64,000 nucleotides of DNA from an uncultured Nitrososphaerota archaeon (GCA_963718895.1 CAVRAG010000008.1:480001-544000); one strand, 5' to 3'; shown: positions 27,901-38,065, numbered from the stretch's first letter. Numbers and translations: made by a program. The notes: a model not told the origin generated them from the sequence alone.

Positions 27901-28950
27901 TCATCGGGGAACCGTCAGGTAGTTCACGATCCTCTCGACGGGGTCTTCCATCGAGTCGAGCAGCTTCTTGGCCTTCCTCTTGCAGTGGTCGTGGTACTTC
28001 TTGGTCAGCGACTTGCGGACCAGGCGGGTCAGGGCGTCGAGGTTGTGCGTCTTCAGGAGGAGTCCCATCGAGAGGAGATACCTCTCGGTGTAGAGGCCGG
28101 ACCCCTGGTAGGCCGAGATCGTCGGGACCCCGATGAGGGCGGCCTCGGTGGTCATCGTGCCGCCCATCCCTATGAAGACGTCGGACCTCCTTATCAGGCC
28201 CGCGCCGTCCACGACCCTCTCCGGGACGTGGATGATCCTCCCGAACCTCTGCTTGACCATCTCGAGCTGGTCCGGGTATCTGCAGAGGGCGATTATGTTG
28301 GTCTCCTTGAACTCGTCGGCGAGCCGCTGGAGGACCTTGCTGGTCCACGACTCGTCTGTCCCTATCATGTAGGGCGCGTAGGACTCCTCCAGTCGCACGA
28401 GGATGGTCGGGATGCCCGGCTTGGTCTTCACTTCCTGCTGGCTCGGCCTCGGCTCCCTCTTCAGCCAGGCCGCGGGGTCCAGGGCCCTGTACTTCGTTAT
28501 CTCGCTCCGCTGAAGGCCGAAGCGGTACCAGGCGATGTAGGGGATGATCCACGGGGTGAGCAGATGGCTGGAGAACGGAAGCGAGAGCTTGCCTGCGATC
28601 ACGGAGTGCGGGGAATCGCTGACCGCTATGTGCTTCACCCTTATGCCGAAGGAGATCCGGGCACAGTCGGCCGAGGCCACAGAGACAGACGCATCAGGCT
28701 GGAATCCCGCGACCGTCGGCAGGAGGGAGTTCATTCGCTCCAGGCTCGACCTGAGCTGGTCGATGGTCTCCTTCCCGCCCCTGGAACCGACAAACTTCAG
28801 ATCCACCCCCAGCAGGGAAGCGAGCTGCTCGACCTCCCTGTAGTGCCTCGAGGTCGCCAGGACCTCGTGGCCTTTGACCCTCAATTCCTCCATGACAGGG
28901 TTGAAGAAGAGGAGCTGCTTTGGCGTCAGGACGTCGAACCAGAAGCGCAA
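27901..28950 (-). CDS. DUF354 protein (GT-B-like)
   Basis: WFDVLTPKQ, DSPH, GGTMTTEAALIG. Confidence 0.85.
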   Translation of the reverse strand: MRFWFDVLTPKQLLFFNPVMEELRVKGHEVLATSRHYREVEQLASLLGVDLKFVGSRGGKETIDQLRSSLERMNSLLPTVAGFQPDASVSVASADCARISFGIRVKHIAVSDSPHSVIAGKLSLPFSSHLLTPWIIPYIAWYRFGLQRSEITKYRALDPAAWLKREPRPSQQEVKTKPGIPTILVRLEESYAPYMIGTDESWTSKVLQRLADEFKETNIIALCRYPDQLEMVKQRFGRIIHVPERVVDGAGLIRRSDVFIGMGGTMTTEAALIGVPTISAYQGSGLYTERYLLSMGLLLKTHNLDALTRLVRKSLTKKYHDHCKRKAKKLLDSMEDPVERIVNYLTVPR

Positions 28951-29102
28951 GGACGCATTCCTTAGAACCGGCGGTTAAAAATTATTCCTCGAGCGCTCGG
29001 CGACCCTGTTTCGCGCCCTGGAACCCCATCAGGCGTGCGGTCTTTTCGACTTGAAAGGCTATATGAGCTTCAGCCAACGATGGTGGTGCCGAGTTCATCG
29101 AG

Positions 29103-30227
29103 TTGCAGAAGATCAGGGTCGCGGTCTACGGCCTCACCACCGAGGGGTACGGCGTCGCATCGAGGTTGGTTGACAGGGCCTCGGTCACGATAGTGGACGA
29201 CACGCTCCAGATGGCAATGGACCTGGACCCGGCCGTTGTGAGGGGCAATCCGACCCTCCAGGAGCTCGTGGGCGGCGAGTCTCTGATGGGGCTCAAACCG
29301 GTCTCCCAGGTGCTCACCGATGCGCGGGTCGTCTTCTTCGCGCCGAAGCTCAGGAAGACCGGGGATGAGTCGATCATCGAGGCGAACACGAAGCTCCGCG
29401 AGGTCGCCAAGAACCTCACCAAGGGCACCATGGTGGTCAACGACCTCCCCACCGGGGTGGGCGGGAACAACGACTACATCGCTCTCATCGAGAAACAGAC
29501 CGGGTTGAAGGTCGGGGAGAGCCTCAACTACGGATACTGTCCTCTGAGGCCCGGGGCCGAGGCCGCGACGGTCGCGTGCTTCGCGAAGATGAAGGACGCC
29601 GGCAGCCTCGAAGGGCTAGGGATGCAGGCCAGCTATGGGGACATCACCGCGGCGGAGCTCGGCTACGCCTCTTCGATCCTGAACGAGAGCACCTCGATGG
29701 CGACGGAGGTCGAGCTCATGAGGAAGGCGAAGGGGCTGAAGCAGATCGCCGGGGGCACCACCGAGAGGTACATCGACGACCTAGCGGCCCACGTCTACGA
29801 CCTGACCGCCATCCAGGCGAGCGAGGACGTCGGGGAGCCCCTGACCTATCTGGCTGGGGCCTCTGTAAAGAGCCTCGAGAACCACGTCCGTTACATCGTC
29901 GACGAGACGAGAGAGCTGCTGAGGGAGCTGCAGCTCAAGGCGAGCAGGACACGCGTCCTCGTGGCCTGGACCGTGGACCGCTACGAGATGCGCGCGGACA
30001 GGATGAAGACAGCGGAGAGCCTTGTGGAGAGACTCAGGGACTACGTCACAGACGTGAAACTGGCCCAGGTGAGCGCCGGCCGTGACGACGTGATCGACTC
30101 GTACAAGCACAACGTCGCCATAGTCTGCTCCCCGAGGGACCTGGAATGGATCAAGAGCCTCAAGACCGGGTCGAGGTCGTCGGAGATTTCCATCCTCAGG
30201 GCCACCCCCGCGCTCCAGCGCGGCTAG
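29103..30227 (+). CDS. Divergent nucleotide-sugar dehydrogenase homologue (UDP-ManNAc/UDP-Glc DH-like)
   Basis: Rossmann start VAVYGL, KGTMVV, YGYCPLRPG; catalytic motifs degenerate. Confidence 0.6.
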   Translation: MQKIRVAVYGLTTEGYGVASRLVDRASVTIVDDTLQMAMDLDPAVVRGNPTLQELVGGESLMGLKPVSQVLTDARVVFFAPKLRKTGDESIIEANTKLREVAKNLTKGTMVVNDLPTGVGGNNDYIALIEKQTGLKVGESLNYGYCPLRPGAEAATVACFAKMKDAGSLEGLGMQASYGDITAAELGYASSILNESTSMATEVELMRKAKGLKQIAGGTTERYIDDLAAHVYDLTAIQASEDVGEPLTYLAGASVKSLENHVRYIVDETRELLRELQLKASRTRVLVAWTVDRYEMRADRMKTAESLVERLRDYVTDVKLAQVSAGRDDVIDSYKHNVAIVCSPRDLEWIKSLKTGSRSSEISILRATPALQRG

Positions 30228-30285
30228 CGGCACCAAAGTGTTAAGAGGACTCATCCGAGGAGGAGCTCCGGTTCGTGATAGACGC

Positions 30286-31221
30286 TTGACAAGGATTGCG
30301 GCCATCGGCACAGGAGGTTGGGGGAAGAACCACGTTAGGGTGCTGAGCGAGCTCGGGGTTCTAGCAGCCATCTGCGACCTCGACAAGTCGAGGGCGGAAC
30401 TGTACTCGAAGAAGTTCGGGGTGAACGGATACAGCGACCTAGACGAGATGCTGAGGAGCGAGGCCCTCGACGGGGTGACAATAGCCACCCCGGCGACCAC
30501 CCACTTCTCGGTCGCGTCGAAGACCCTACGGGCGGGGATAAACTCGTTCGTCGAGAAGCCCATGACGAGCTCTGTGCGGGAGGGAGAGGAGCTGATCAAA
30601 GTGGCCGAGGAGTCCGGGAAGATACTGACAGTGGGCTTCATCGAGAGGTTCAACCCGGCAATCTCGGAGCTGAAGAAGATAACAAAGGAGGGGAGGCTCG
30701 GAAGGCCGATCCTCTTCGAGTATCACAGGGAGAACCGGAGGGGAGACAACATCACCGACGTCGGGGTCGTCAAGGACGCCTCCGTCCATGACATCGACAC
30801 CGCCAGGTGGCTCTTCGGCGAGGAGCCGAAGACGGTCTACGCCCGGGTGGGGAGCGTCCTCGGCAAGAACGAGGATTTCGCGACGATACTCCTAGGGTTC
30901 GGTGACGAGAGGACGGCGTTCATCACCACGAACTGGGTGACCCCCATGCGGGTCAGGGAGCTGAACGCTGTCTTCACCAAGGGAGTTGTCACGGTGGATT
31001 TCATAAGCCAGGAGATGCAGATACACGAGGAGGAGGGGACGAGGGTCCCCAAGCACGACTTCGTCGAACCCCTCGTCCTCGAGCTGAAGGAGTTCGTCTT
31101 GGCGATCGAGGAGAAGAGGCAGCCTCTGGTGACCGGGAAGGACGGGCTCATCGCGATCAGGATAGCCGAGGCGGTGCTCGCGTCCGGAAAGAGCGGAAGC
31201 CCGATCTACCTTCCTCTGTAG
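30286..31221 (+). CDS. Gfo/Idh/MocA oxidoreductase
   Basis: GTGGWGKNH, EKP, GFIERFNP, DASVHDID. Confidence 0.9.
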   Translation: MTRIAAIGTGGWGKNHVRVLSELGVLAAICDLDKSRAELYSKKFGVNGYSDLDEMLRSEALDGVTIATPATTHFSVASKTLRAGINSFVEKPMTSSVREGEELIKVAEESGKILTVGFIERFNPAISELKKITKEGRLGRPILFEYHRENRRGDNITDVGVVKDASVHDIDTARWLFGEEPKTVYARVGSVLGKNEDFATILLGFGDERTAFITTNWVTPMRVRELNAVFTKGVVTVDFISQEMQIHEEEGTRVPKHDFVEPLVLELKEFVLAIEEKRQPLVTGKDGLIAIRIAEAVLASGKSGSPIYLPL

Positions 31222-31227
31222 ACAGGG

Positions 31228-31506
31228 TCAGGATCCGAGCAGTTCCATAGCCTTGCTCGTCAGCCTGTTGTCCTTGCTCAGGTAGCCGTTGGCCCTCAGC
31301 GACTGGGACTCCTTCTCCACCTCCCCGGCATCCATGGAGAGAGACCTCCCCACATCCTTCGAGTTCTTGTAACCCTGCCTGTTGCACCTCAGGACGACGA
31401 ACTGGGATCGCGTGATGTCGGCAGGCAGCTCGGGGGGATTCCCCTGCTGGGCGCCCATGAGCCCCTGCATGTTCATCCGGCGCATCATCTCGTCAGGAGA
31501 GGACAT
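31228..31506 (-). CDS. Small winged-helix-like hypothetical protein
   Basis: ORF with HTH-like pattern ending LTSKAMELL. Confidence 0.55.
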   Translation of the reverse strand: MSSPDEMMRRMNMQGLMGAQQGNPPELPADITRSQFVVLRCNRQGYKNSKDVGRSLSMDAGEVEKESQSLRANGYLSKDNRLTSKAMELLGS

Positions 31507-31785
31507 GCTCGGTGTCCTTACGGTTCCCTTCCCGAGCCGAAAGGTCGCTCACAACAAGCTGATTTTGCGGCGAGGGAGAAAGGGCTGGCAGGTGAAGCTG
31601 TGAAGGGGAACGGGACGCTGACCCTAATCCTCAGAGTCGATGCCAGCAAGCTGAGCGGCGGGCATGGCCCGCCAACTTAGCAGAACCGTCGCCTCCCGTC
31701 TTCATTCGGATGGGCGAAGAGTCAAAGGCACGACGGAGGAGGGCATCCACAAGCCATAAAGGCGAGAATCGATTCGCAATGATTC

Positions 31786-33939
31786 ATGTCGGCCCAGACG
31801 TCCAAGCTGAGAGTCGCAACCGGGAGAGAAGCAGACCTCTTTGCCCCTCTGCCCAACGGGCGGGTCCAGTGCACAGCCTGCGCCCGGCGATGCCAGATCG
31901 GTGAGGGCCAGATCGGCCTGTGCGGAATCAGGGGCGTGGTCGGGGGCAAGCTCTATCTCCTGAACTACGGCAAGATCATCGCGGGGCAGGTCGACCCAAT
32001 TGAGAAGAAGCCCGTCATCCATTACCATCCCGGGTCGAAGATATTCTCCATCGCGACGACAGGATGCTCATGGTTGTGTCATCCTGCAGGGGCCAAGATA
32101 CTTATGGCGAACGGGAAGACGAAGAGTGTGGAGGACGTAGCTCAGGGCGACAGCCTCTGGTCCTACGACCTCGGTGCAGGCATGGAGATTCACCCAAACG
32201 TCGTCACGCATACGGCTACAAGGACAGCTGAAATCTGGCAGATTCGGTATGGCAATCATTCGCACGGTAGCTTGCTTCTCACCGCCGAGCATCCGGTGTT
32301 GACGAAGGACGGCTGGAAGAAGGCGAGCGAGCTCAAAGTTGGAGAGAATATCCTAAGGGTGTGGAATCAGATCACAGAGTCCCGGATTGAGAAGCAGACG
32401 GCCGCGATAAAGACTCGCAGGTTCGTCTGTCGGAAGTGTGGAGACTCGTTCGAGGGCATCGTGGAATGGAATAGACATCGCGGGGGATGCTACACCGAGG
32501 GACTAGTGCGTTCAGAGGAGCAACTGACCAGATACAGCCAGCGGATGAAGGAGCACAACCCGATGAAGGATCCCGTGGTTGCTGCGAGGGCAATTGCTTC
32601 AAGTAAGCAGAGATTTCTCGTCGACCCAACCCACGGCTGGAACAGAAACATTGATCGACTACGGGGCTGGCTGCACGCGCATCCCTCAACATCCCAGCTC
32701 CTTCTTTACGTGCTTCTGGACGAACTGGGAATCTGTTATGAGCGCGAGTACAGAATTCGCTTAGAAGTTGCGATTCCATCTTCGAAATCGTCTTACATCG
32801 CGGACGCGGCACTGTTGCCGGCCAAGCTCGACATCGAAGTCGATGGGTGGTGGCACTACAACAACGAGGACGTCAAGGCCTCGGACAAGGTCAGGAACGA
32901 GGCCCTGAAAGTAAATGGGTGGGAGACTCTGAGAATCTCCGGAGCCTACCTATACAATCATCCGGAAGAGGTGAAGAAGCTAATCCTCGAGCGCCTCGCT
33001 AATGCGCCTATGGTCAACATGCGATACTGGGTAGAGGTCAAATCAGTCACGCGGACTTCCAGGGTGGAAAAGGTATACGGCTTGGAAACGATTCCGGACC
33101 ACAACTATGTTGCCGATGGAATACTCGTGCATAATTGTCGCTACTGCCAGAACAGCGAGATCAGCCAGCGTAGGAGGATTGAGGGGAAAGACGCGACGCC
33201 CTCGCAGGTCGTGGAACTCGCAGAAAAGAATGGCTGCGAGGGAATCGCCTACACCTACAACGAGCCCTCAATCTTCATCGAGTACGCTCGCGACGTCGGC
33301 AAGATCGCACACAAGAAGGGCATCTTCAACATCTTCGTCTCCAACGGATACGACACGCCAGAATCTGTGGGAGCAATGGGCGAGTTCCTCGACTGCTTGA
33401 CCGTCGACTTCAAAGGCAGCGGGGAGACCGGGTTCGTAAGGAAGTACATAGGCATCCCAAACGCCGAGCCAATCTTCCAGACACTCCTGGAGGTGAAGCG
33501 CCGGACGAAGATCCATGTCGAAATCACCGACCTCATCGTTCCAGGCGTGGGCGACGATCTGGAGACCGCACGGAAGCTCGCAAGATGGGTATACGATAAC
33601 CTCGGCCCGGACACGCCGATCCACTTTCTGAGGTTCCACCCCGACTACAAAATGATGGAGATCCCGGTCACCCCAGTCAGGACGTTGGAGAGGCACTGCG
33701 AGATGGCGAAGAAAGAGGGTTTGAGATACGCCTACATCGGGAACGTGCCGGGGCATCCCGCAGAGAACACCTACTGCCCCGGATGCAAGGCGCTCCTGAT
33801 CGAGCGAACAGGGTACGACATCGGAGCCTATACCCTCGACGACAGAGGGAGGTGCAAGTCGTGCGGCTACCAGACCCCGATCGTAGGGCCCTTGAGCAAA
33901 TCAGCGAGAGAGTACCGGTTCATCCCGGTCATCGGATGA
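31786..33939 (+). CDS. amrS: AmmeMemoRadiSam-system radical SAM enzyme, intein-containing
   Basis: CxxC..C..C N-terminal motif, DPIEKKP, YTYNEP, RFHPDY; CxxxCxxC restored after splicing (364-aa extein). Confidence 0.9.
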   Translation: MSAQTSKLRVATGREADLFAPLPNGRVQCTACARRCQIGEGQIGLCGIRGVVGGKLYLLNYGKIIAGQVDPIEKKPVIHYHPGSKIFSIATTGCSWLCHPAGAKILMANGKTKSVEDVAQGDSLWSYDLGAGMEIHPNVVTHTATRTAEIWQIRYGNHSHGSLLLTAEHPVLTKDGWKKASELKVGENILRVWNQITESRIEKQTAAIKTRRFVCRKCGDSFEGIVEWNRHRGGCYTEGLVRSEEQLTRYSQRMKEHNPMKDPVVAARAIASSKQRFLVDPTHGWNRNIDRLRGWLHAHPSTSQLLLYVLLDELGICYEREYRIRLEVAIPSSKSSYIADAALLPAKLDIEVDGWWHYNNEDVKASDKVRNEALKVNGWETLRISGAYLYNHPEEVKKLILERLANAPMVNMRYWVEVKSVTRTSRVEKVYGLETIPDHNYVADGILVHNCRYCQNSEISQRRRIEGKDATPSQVVELAEKNGCEGIAYTYNEPSIFIEYARDVGKIAHKKGIFNIFVSNGYDTPESVGAMGEFLDCLTVDFKGSGETGFVRKYIGIPNAEPIFQTLLEVKRRTKIHVEITDLIVPGVGDDLETARKLARWVYDNLGPDTPIHFLRFHPDYKMMEIPVTPVRTLERHCEMAKKEGLRYAYIGNVPGHPAENTYCPGCKALLIERTGYDIGAYTLDDRGRCKSCGYQTPIVGPLSKSAREYRFIPVIG
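32077..33135 (+). mobile_element. 353-aa intein with Vsr/DUF559-like endonuclease
   Basis: Starts CHPAGAKILMANG, block B TAEHPV, ends YVADGILVHN|C; internal IADAAL..DIEVDGWWH..DKVRN..GWETLRI. Confidence 0.9.
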
Positions 33940-34867
33940 TCGCACGCGACTCCTTGAGGAACCTCTCGGCATCCAGAGCAGCCTTGCAACCATCGGCCGC
34001 CGCCGTGACCGCCTGCCTGTAGCGGAAGTCCCGGACGTCTCCCGCGACGAAGACGCCCCTGACGTTCGTCTCGGTCTCGTTCTTCGCTATGAGGTACCCG
34101 TTGGCGTCCATGTCCAGCTGCCCCTTGAAGATCTCGGTGTTGGGGTCGTAGCCTATCGCCACGAAGAGCCCGTCGAACGGGAGCGACCTCTCCTCGCCGG
34201 TCTTGAGGTTCCTGACCTTCACCCCGTCGACCTTCCTCTCCCCCATGACCTCGGTCACCGCCGAGTCCCAGATGAAGCTCAGCTTAGGGTCGGAGAAGGC
34301 CTCCTTCTGGAGGGCGTTCGAGGCGCGCAGGGCGTCTCTCCGGTGGATCACGGTCACGCTGCTCGCCAGCTGGCTGAGGTAGGTCGCCTCTTCGAGGGCG
34401 GTGTCCCCGCCGCCGACGACCGCCAGCTTCTTCCCTCTGAAGAAGAACCCGTCGCAGACCGCGCAGTTGGAGACACCCTTCCCCATCAGCCTAATCTCAG
34501 ACTCCAGGTTGAGCCTCCGCGGGTTCGCGCCGCTGGCGACTATCAGGCTCAGGGCCTTTCTCTCCTCGTTCGGGGTCTTGACCACGAAGGGGTAGGTCTT
34601 CAGGTTCACCTCGATCACGTCGTCCTGTATCAGCTTGGTGCCCACCCTCTCGGCCTGGGCCCTCATGTGTTCCATGAGGTCGGGACCCATGACCGGATCC
34701 TTGAACCCGGGATAGTTCTCGACGTCGCTCGTTAACATAAGCTGGCCGCCGTATCTCGAGCCCATGTAGACCACTGGGGACAGGCCCGCCCTTGCGCTGT
34801 AGATCGCCGCGGTAAGGCCTGCCGGACCCGAGCCAATTATCACTACGTTGCTTGCGCCATCTTCCAA
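33929..34867 (-). CDS. trxB: Thioredoxin reductase
   Basis: GSGPAG, CAVCDG, GGGDTA, FVAGD. Confidence 0.95.
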   Translation of the reverse strand: MEDGASNVVIIGSGPAGLTAAIYSARAGLSPVVYMGSRYGGQLMLTSDVENYPGFKDPVMGPDLMEHMRAQAERVGTKLIQDDVIEVNLKTYPFVVKTPNEERKALSLIVASGANPRRLNLESEIRLMGKGVSNCAVCDGFFFRGKKLAVVGGGDTALEEATYLSQLASSVTVIHRRDALRASNALQKEAFSDPKLSFIWDSAVTEVMGERKVDGVKVRNLKTGEERSLPFDGLFVAIGYDPNTEIFKGQLDMDANGYLIAKNETETNVRGVFVAGDVRDFRYRQAVTAAADGCKAALDAERFLKESRAIIR

Positions 34868-34940
34868 GGAAAGGACCTTGGTTCGAAACCTCCGAGAGTC
34901 ATTGATAAACCTATTCGAAGAGCAGCAGGTCCATGGTCGC

Positions 34941-36626
34941 CTAGGCCTGCTTTCCTTCCCTCTGGGCCAGGTTGAGGAGGTCCGACAGGTGGTCGGTTGA
35001 GGCGGACCACCTCTTCTTGTAGTTCGGGAGCAGCCTCCGGAAGGTCTCTTCCTTCATCCTCCTGCCGTGGTACTGGTCGTAGAGGTTCAGGAGGTCCTTT
35101 GCCGAACGGTCCTCCTCCCGCTCGGCATCCTGTATCTGGCCGATGAGGTCGAGGAAGCGCTTGGAGCCGGCCGTCTGCCTTATCTCGTTGAGCCTGTTCG
35201 TGGCCCTGGTCTTCAGTGAGTCGATCTCGTTCCGGACCTTCGTCAGCTCGGCCCTGGTGACGGCGCCCTGGGACTTCCCGGCTACCTCCGTCTGGAACTG
35301 ACCGAAGAGGGCGATCTTGTCCTCGAGCCCCTTGATGAGGTCCGGCAGCATGCTCGTGACGGTCTTCTCTTCCTCCTCCTCCCCTTCCTTCTTCTTGGTC
35401 TCGGGGCGTCTGAGCGCTAGCACGATGAAAGCGGCGGCGAAGAGCACCGAAGCGATCGGGACCGCCTGGTCGGCGGCCCACCCGGCGCTGACTGAGTAGC
35501 TGACTGTGATGGAACCCTGTTCGATGGAGGTCGCGTTGGCGACCACCGTCTTGCTGGACCCCACTGAGTGCATCCCGGTCGGAAGGAGGGTGGTGACGGT
35601 GTAGCTGCCCACGACGGCATCGACGGGAAGGACATAGGGCACAGAGACCGAGACGGTGCTACCTGACGTCTTGATGAGAGAGCTCGGCACTGGGTACTCC
35701 ATCGCGAACGTGAAGTTGTCTCCGGCCGCGATGGGTGCGGTGAACGGCGAGCTCGTCAGGGTTATGGCGCCGTTGGTCAGCGTGACGAGCGTCGGGTCGA
35801 TCGTCGGCGGGGTGCTCCAAGGGACTATCGTTACGCTAGGGAGGCTCGACGAAAGGAGCGAGACAGGAAGGTCGCTTATCGAGTAGGAAGCGAGATTCTG
35901 GAGCGTGACCTGCTGCTCAATCTGGGGATACCCGTTCGTGGTCGGGATAATCGTGCTGACCACACTGGTGACCTTGACGGGCAGGAAGTAAGCCTGGTTT
36001 GTGGCGTTGAGCTTCGCGTACATCGTCGAGATGGTCGGCGTCACATTCGGCTTAGTCACAGAGTACGTCGGCGGAGTGCTGGCGGGGGCGGCTATGAAGC
36101 CCGTGGGGGCGGGAGAGAGGGAGCTCCCGTCAGGGAGCACGACGATCAGGTTCAGGCTGTTCACCTTGAGGTTGACCGATGGGCTCAGAAGCAGCAACGG
36201 ACCGAACGGCTTGGTGGAGCCCGCCGTGAGGTTGAGGATATTGTCTAGGGAGGTCTCGAGCGAGACCCTGCTGTGGGCGCCCGCGGCGAGAGTGGGCGAG
36301 GTCGGCGTAACTGTGAGGGTAGTCACGCTTCCGTTGTCCGCCGGCGACGATTCCGTGTACCCGCTCGAGGGCACGACGGCGAACCGTACCGCGTGGTGGG
36401 CGACCGAGTCGGGGATTCCGAGCTGGAACGATGGGACCTGTACCGTCGAGGTCCCGTTGTTCTGGAAGGTGAAAGTGTCGTTGAGCAGTCCTGCTCCGAA
36501 CACGTTGATGTAATACTCGTGGGTGAAGGTTATCACCGGGGTACCGCTCGTCTGGGCGGTCGCGGGGGCCGCCAAAGAGACCAAAAGCAGAAGCGCTATG
36601 CCCCCAAGCAGGAATCTCCTGATCAA
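34941..36626 (-). CDS. Type I membrane protein, ribophorin-I-like architecture
   Basis: Signal peptide, about 360-aa beta-rich lumenal part, one TM, helical cytoplasmic tail; family call is inference. Confidence 0.5.
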   Translation of the reverse strand: MIRRFLLGGIALLLLVSLAAPATAQTSGTPVITFTHEYYINVFGAGLLNDTFTFQNNGTSTVQVPSFQLGIPDSVAHHAVRFAVVPSSGYTESSPADNGSVTTLTVTPTSPTLAAGAHSRVSLETSLDNILNLTAGSTKPFGPLLLLSPSVNLKVNSLNLIVVLPDGSSLSPAPTGFIAAPASTPPTYSVTKPNVTPTISTMYAKLNATNQAYFLPVKVTSVVSTIIPTTNGYPQIEQQVTLQNLASYSISDLPVSLLSSSLPSVTIVPWSTPPTIDPTLVTLTNGAITLTSSPFTAPIAAGDNFTFAMEYPVPSSLIKTSGSTVSVSVPYVLPVDAVVGSYTVTTLLPTGMHSVGSSKTVVANATSIEQGSITVSYSVSAGWAADQAVPIASVLFAAAFIVLALRRPETKKKEGEEEEEKTVTSMLPDLIKGLEDKIALFGQFQTEVAGKSQGAVTRAELTKVRNEIDSLKTRATNRLNEIRQTAGSKRFLDLIGQIQDAEREEDRSAKDLLNLYDQYHGRRMKEETFRRLLPNYKKRWSASTDHLSDLLNLAQREGKQA

Positions 36627-36688
36627 CGGAGTTCATAGCCCCATTGAATATGTATTTTAACCATTTTTCTCGGCCCGGAGTGATGATT

Positions 36689-38065
36689 ATGCAGGGGCCG
36701 CACCCGTTCCTCCCGAACCTCGACGAAGAGATAGTCAAGGAGATGCTGAAGCGCGTCGGGGCTTCCTCGATCTCGGAGCTCTTCTCCGACATACCGGCCG
36801 AGCTAGCCCTCAAGAGGAGGCTCGCCATCCCGGAAGGCCAGCCCGAAGCCGTCGTGAGGAAGGACGTGAGCAGGAGGCTTTCACGGAACTCGACGCCCCC
36901 CTCCGCCCTCTGCTTCCTTGGAGGAGGGGTCTGGCCGCACTACATCCCGGCGGCTGTCGAGTCGATAGTCTCCAGACAGGAGTTTTACACCAGCTACACT
37001 CCCTACCAGCCGGAGATAAGCCAGGGGATCCTTCAAGCTCTGTTCGAGTATCAGAGCCTGATGTGCGACCTGCTGGGGATGCAGGCATGCAACAGCTCGA
37101 TGTACGACTGGGCGTCGAGCGCCGCCGAGGCTGTCAGGATGGCCGCCCGCGTGAAGAACAGGGACGTCTTCCTCGTGGCCGAGAGCATAGGCCCCCAGAG
37201 GCTGGGCGTCATCAAGACGTACATCGAGCCGATGGGGCTCGCGCTCCGCACCGTTAAGTTCGACAGGACGACGGGTGAGCTCGACAGGAAGTCTCTGGAC
37301 GAGTGTCTCGGTCCTGACGTGGCCGGGATCTACTTCGAGAATCCGAACTTCTTCGGCGTGATAGAGGAGGGGGCAGAGGAGGCGCTCGAGAAGGTCCACC
37401 GCGCAGGCGGTCTCGGCGTCGTCGGGGTCGACCCGATGTCCCTCTCGGTGCTGAGGGAGCCCGGAAGCTACGGCGCGGACGTCGTCGTGGGGGAGGGGCA
37501 GCCTCTGGGAATATCGATGAACTTTGGCGGTCCCCACCTCGGGATCTTCGCGGTCCGCGAGATGAGCCTTGCCAGGAGCATGCCTGGACGGATGATAGGG
37601 ATGACGACCACCAGGGAAGGCGCCGAGAGGGCCTACTGCATGGTCCTGCAGACGAGGGAACAGCACATAAGGCGGGAGCACGCCTCCTCCAACATCTGCA
37701 CGAACCAGGCGCTCCTCGCGGTCGCGGCGGCAAGCTACCTCTCGCTCCTCGGGAAGAACGGCTTCGCCAGGCTCGGCGAGGTGATCCTGGGGAACTCCCA
37801 CTACGCCGCCGAGATGATCGGTGAGGTCGACGGGGTCGAGTCCCCGCTGTTCGAGGGACCATTCTTCAAAGAGTTCGCAGTGCGGTACAGGGCCTCCAAG
37901 GCGAGCGACGTGCATAGGAAGCTGTCCGAGAGGGGCATTCTCGGCGGCTACCCTCTGACCAGGGAGTTCCCAGGGATCGGCGAGGCAGGAGGTTACTGCG
38001 TCACCGAGGTCCATTCGTCGGACGACATCTCCCAGCTGGTGGGTGCGTTGAGGGAGGCGGTCTGA
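36689..38065 (+). CDS. gcvPA: Glycine decarboxylase subunit 1
   Basis: YTPYQPEISQG, FGGPHLG, TREQHIRRE.ASSNICTN. Confidence 0.95.
   Translation: MQGPHPFLPNLDEEIVKEMLKRVGASSISELFSDIPAELALKRRLAIPEGQPEAVVRKDVSRRLSRNSTPPSALCFLGGGVWPHYIPAAVESIVSRQEFYTSYTPYQPEISQGILQALFEYQSLMCDLLGMQACNSSMYDWASSAAEAVRMAARVKNRDVFLVAESIGPQRLGVIKTYIEPMGLALRTVKFDRTTGELDRKSLDECLGPDVAGIYFENPNFFGVIEEGAEEALEKVHRAGGLGVVGVDPMSLSVLREPGSYGADVVVGEGQPLGISMNFGGPHLGIFAVREMSLARSMPGRMIGMTTTREGAERAYCMVLQTREQHIRREHASSNICTNQALLAVAAASYLSLLGKNGFARLGEVILGNSHYAAEMIGEVDGVESPLFEGPFFKEFAVRYRASKASDVHRKLSERGILGGYPLTREFPGIGEAGGYCVTEVHSSDDISQLVGALREAV

Noticed and set aside
31627-31690. SAM-I riboswitch resemblance (ATCC..AGAG, GGCGGGCATGGCCC, GCAGAACC) upstream of a radical SAM gene
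   Set aside because: Kink-turn, GCAAC/GGUGC core and P1 closure are missing and the spacing is wrong; RNase P and SRP core motifs are also absent
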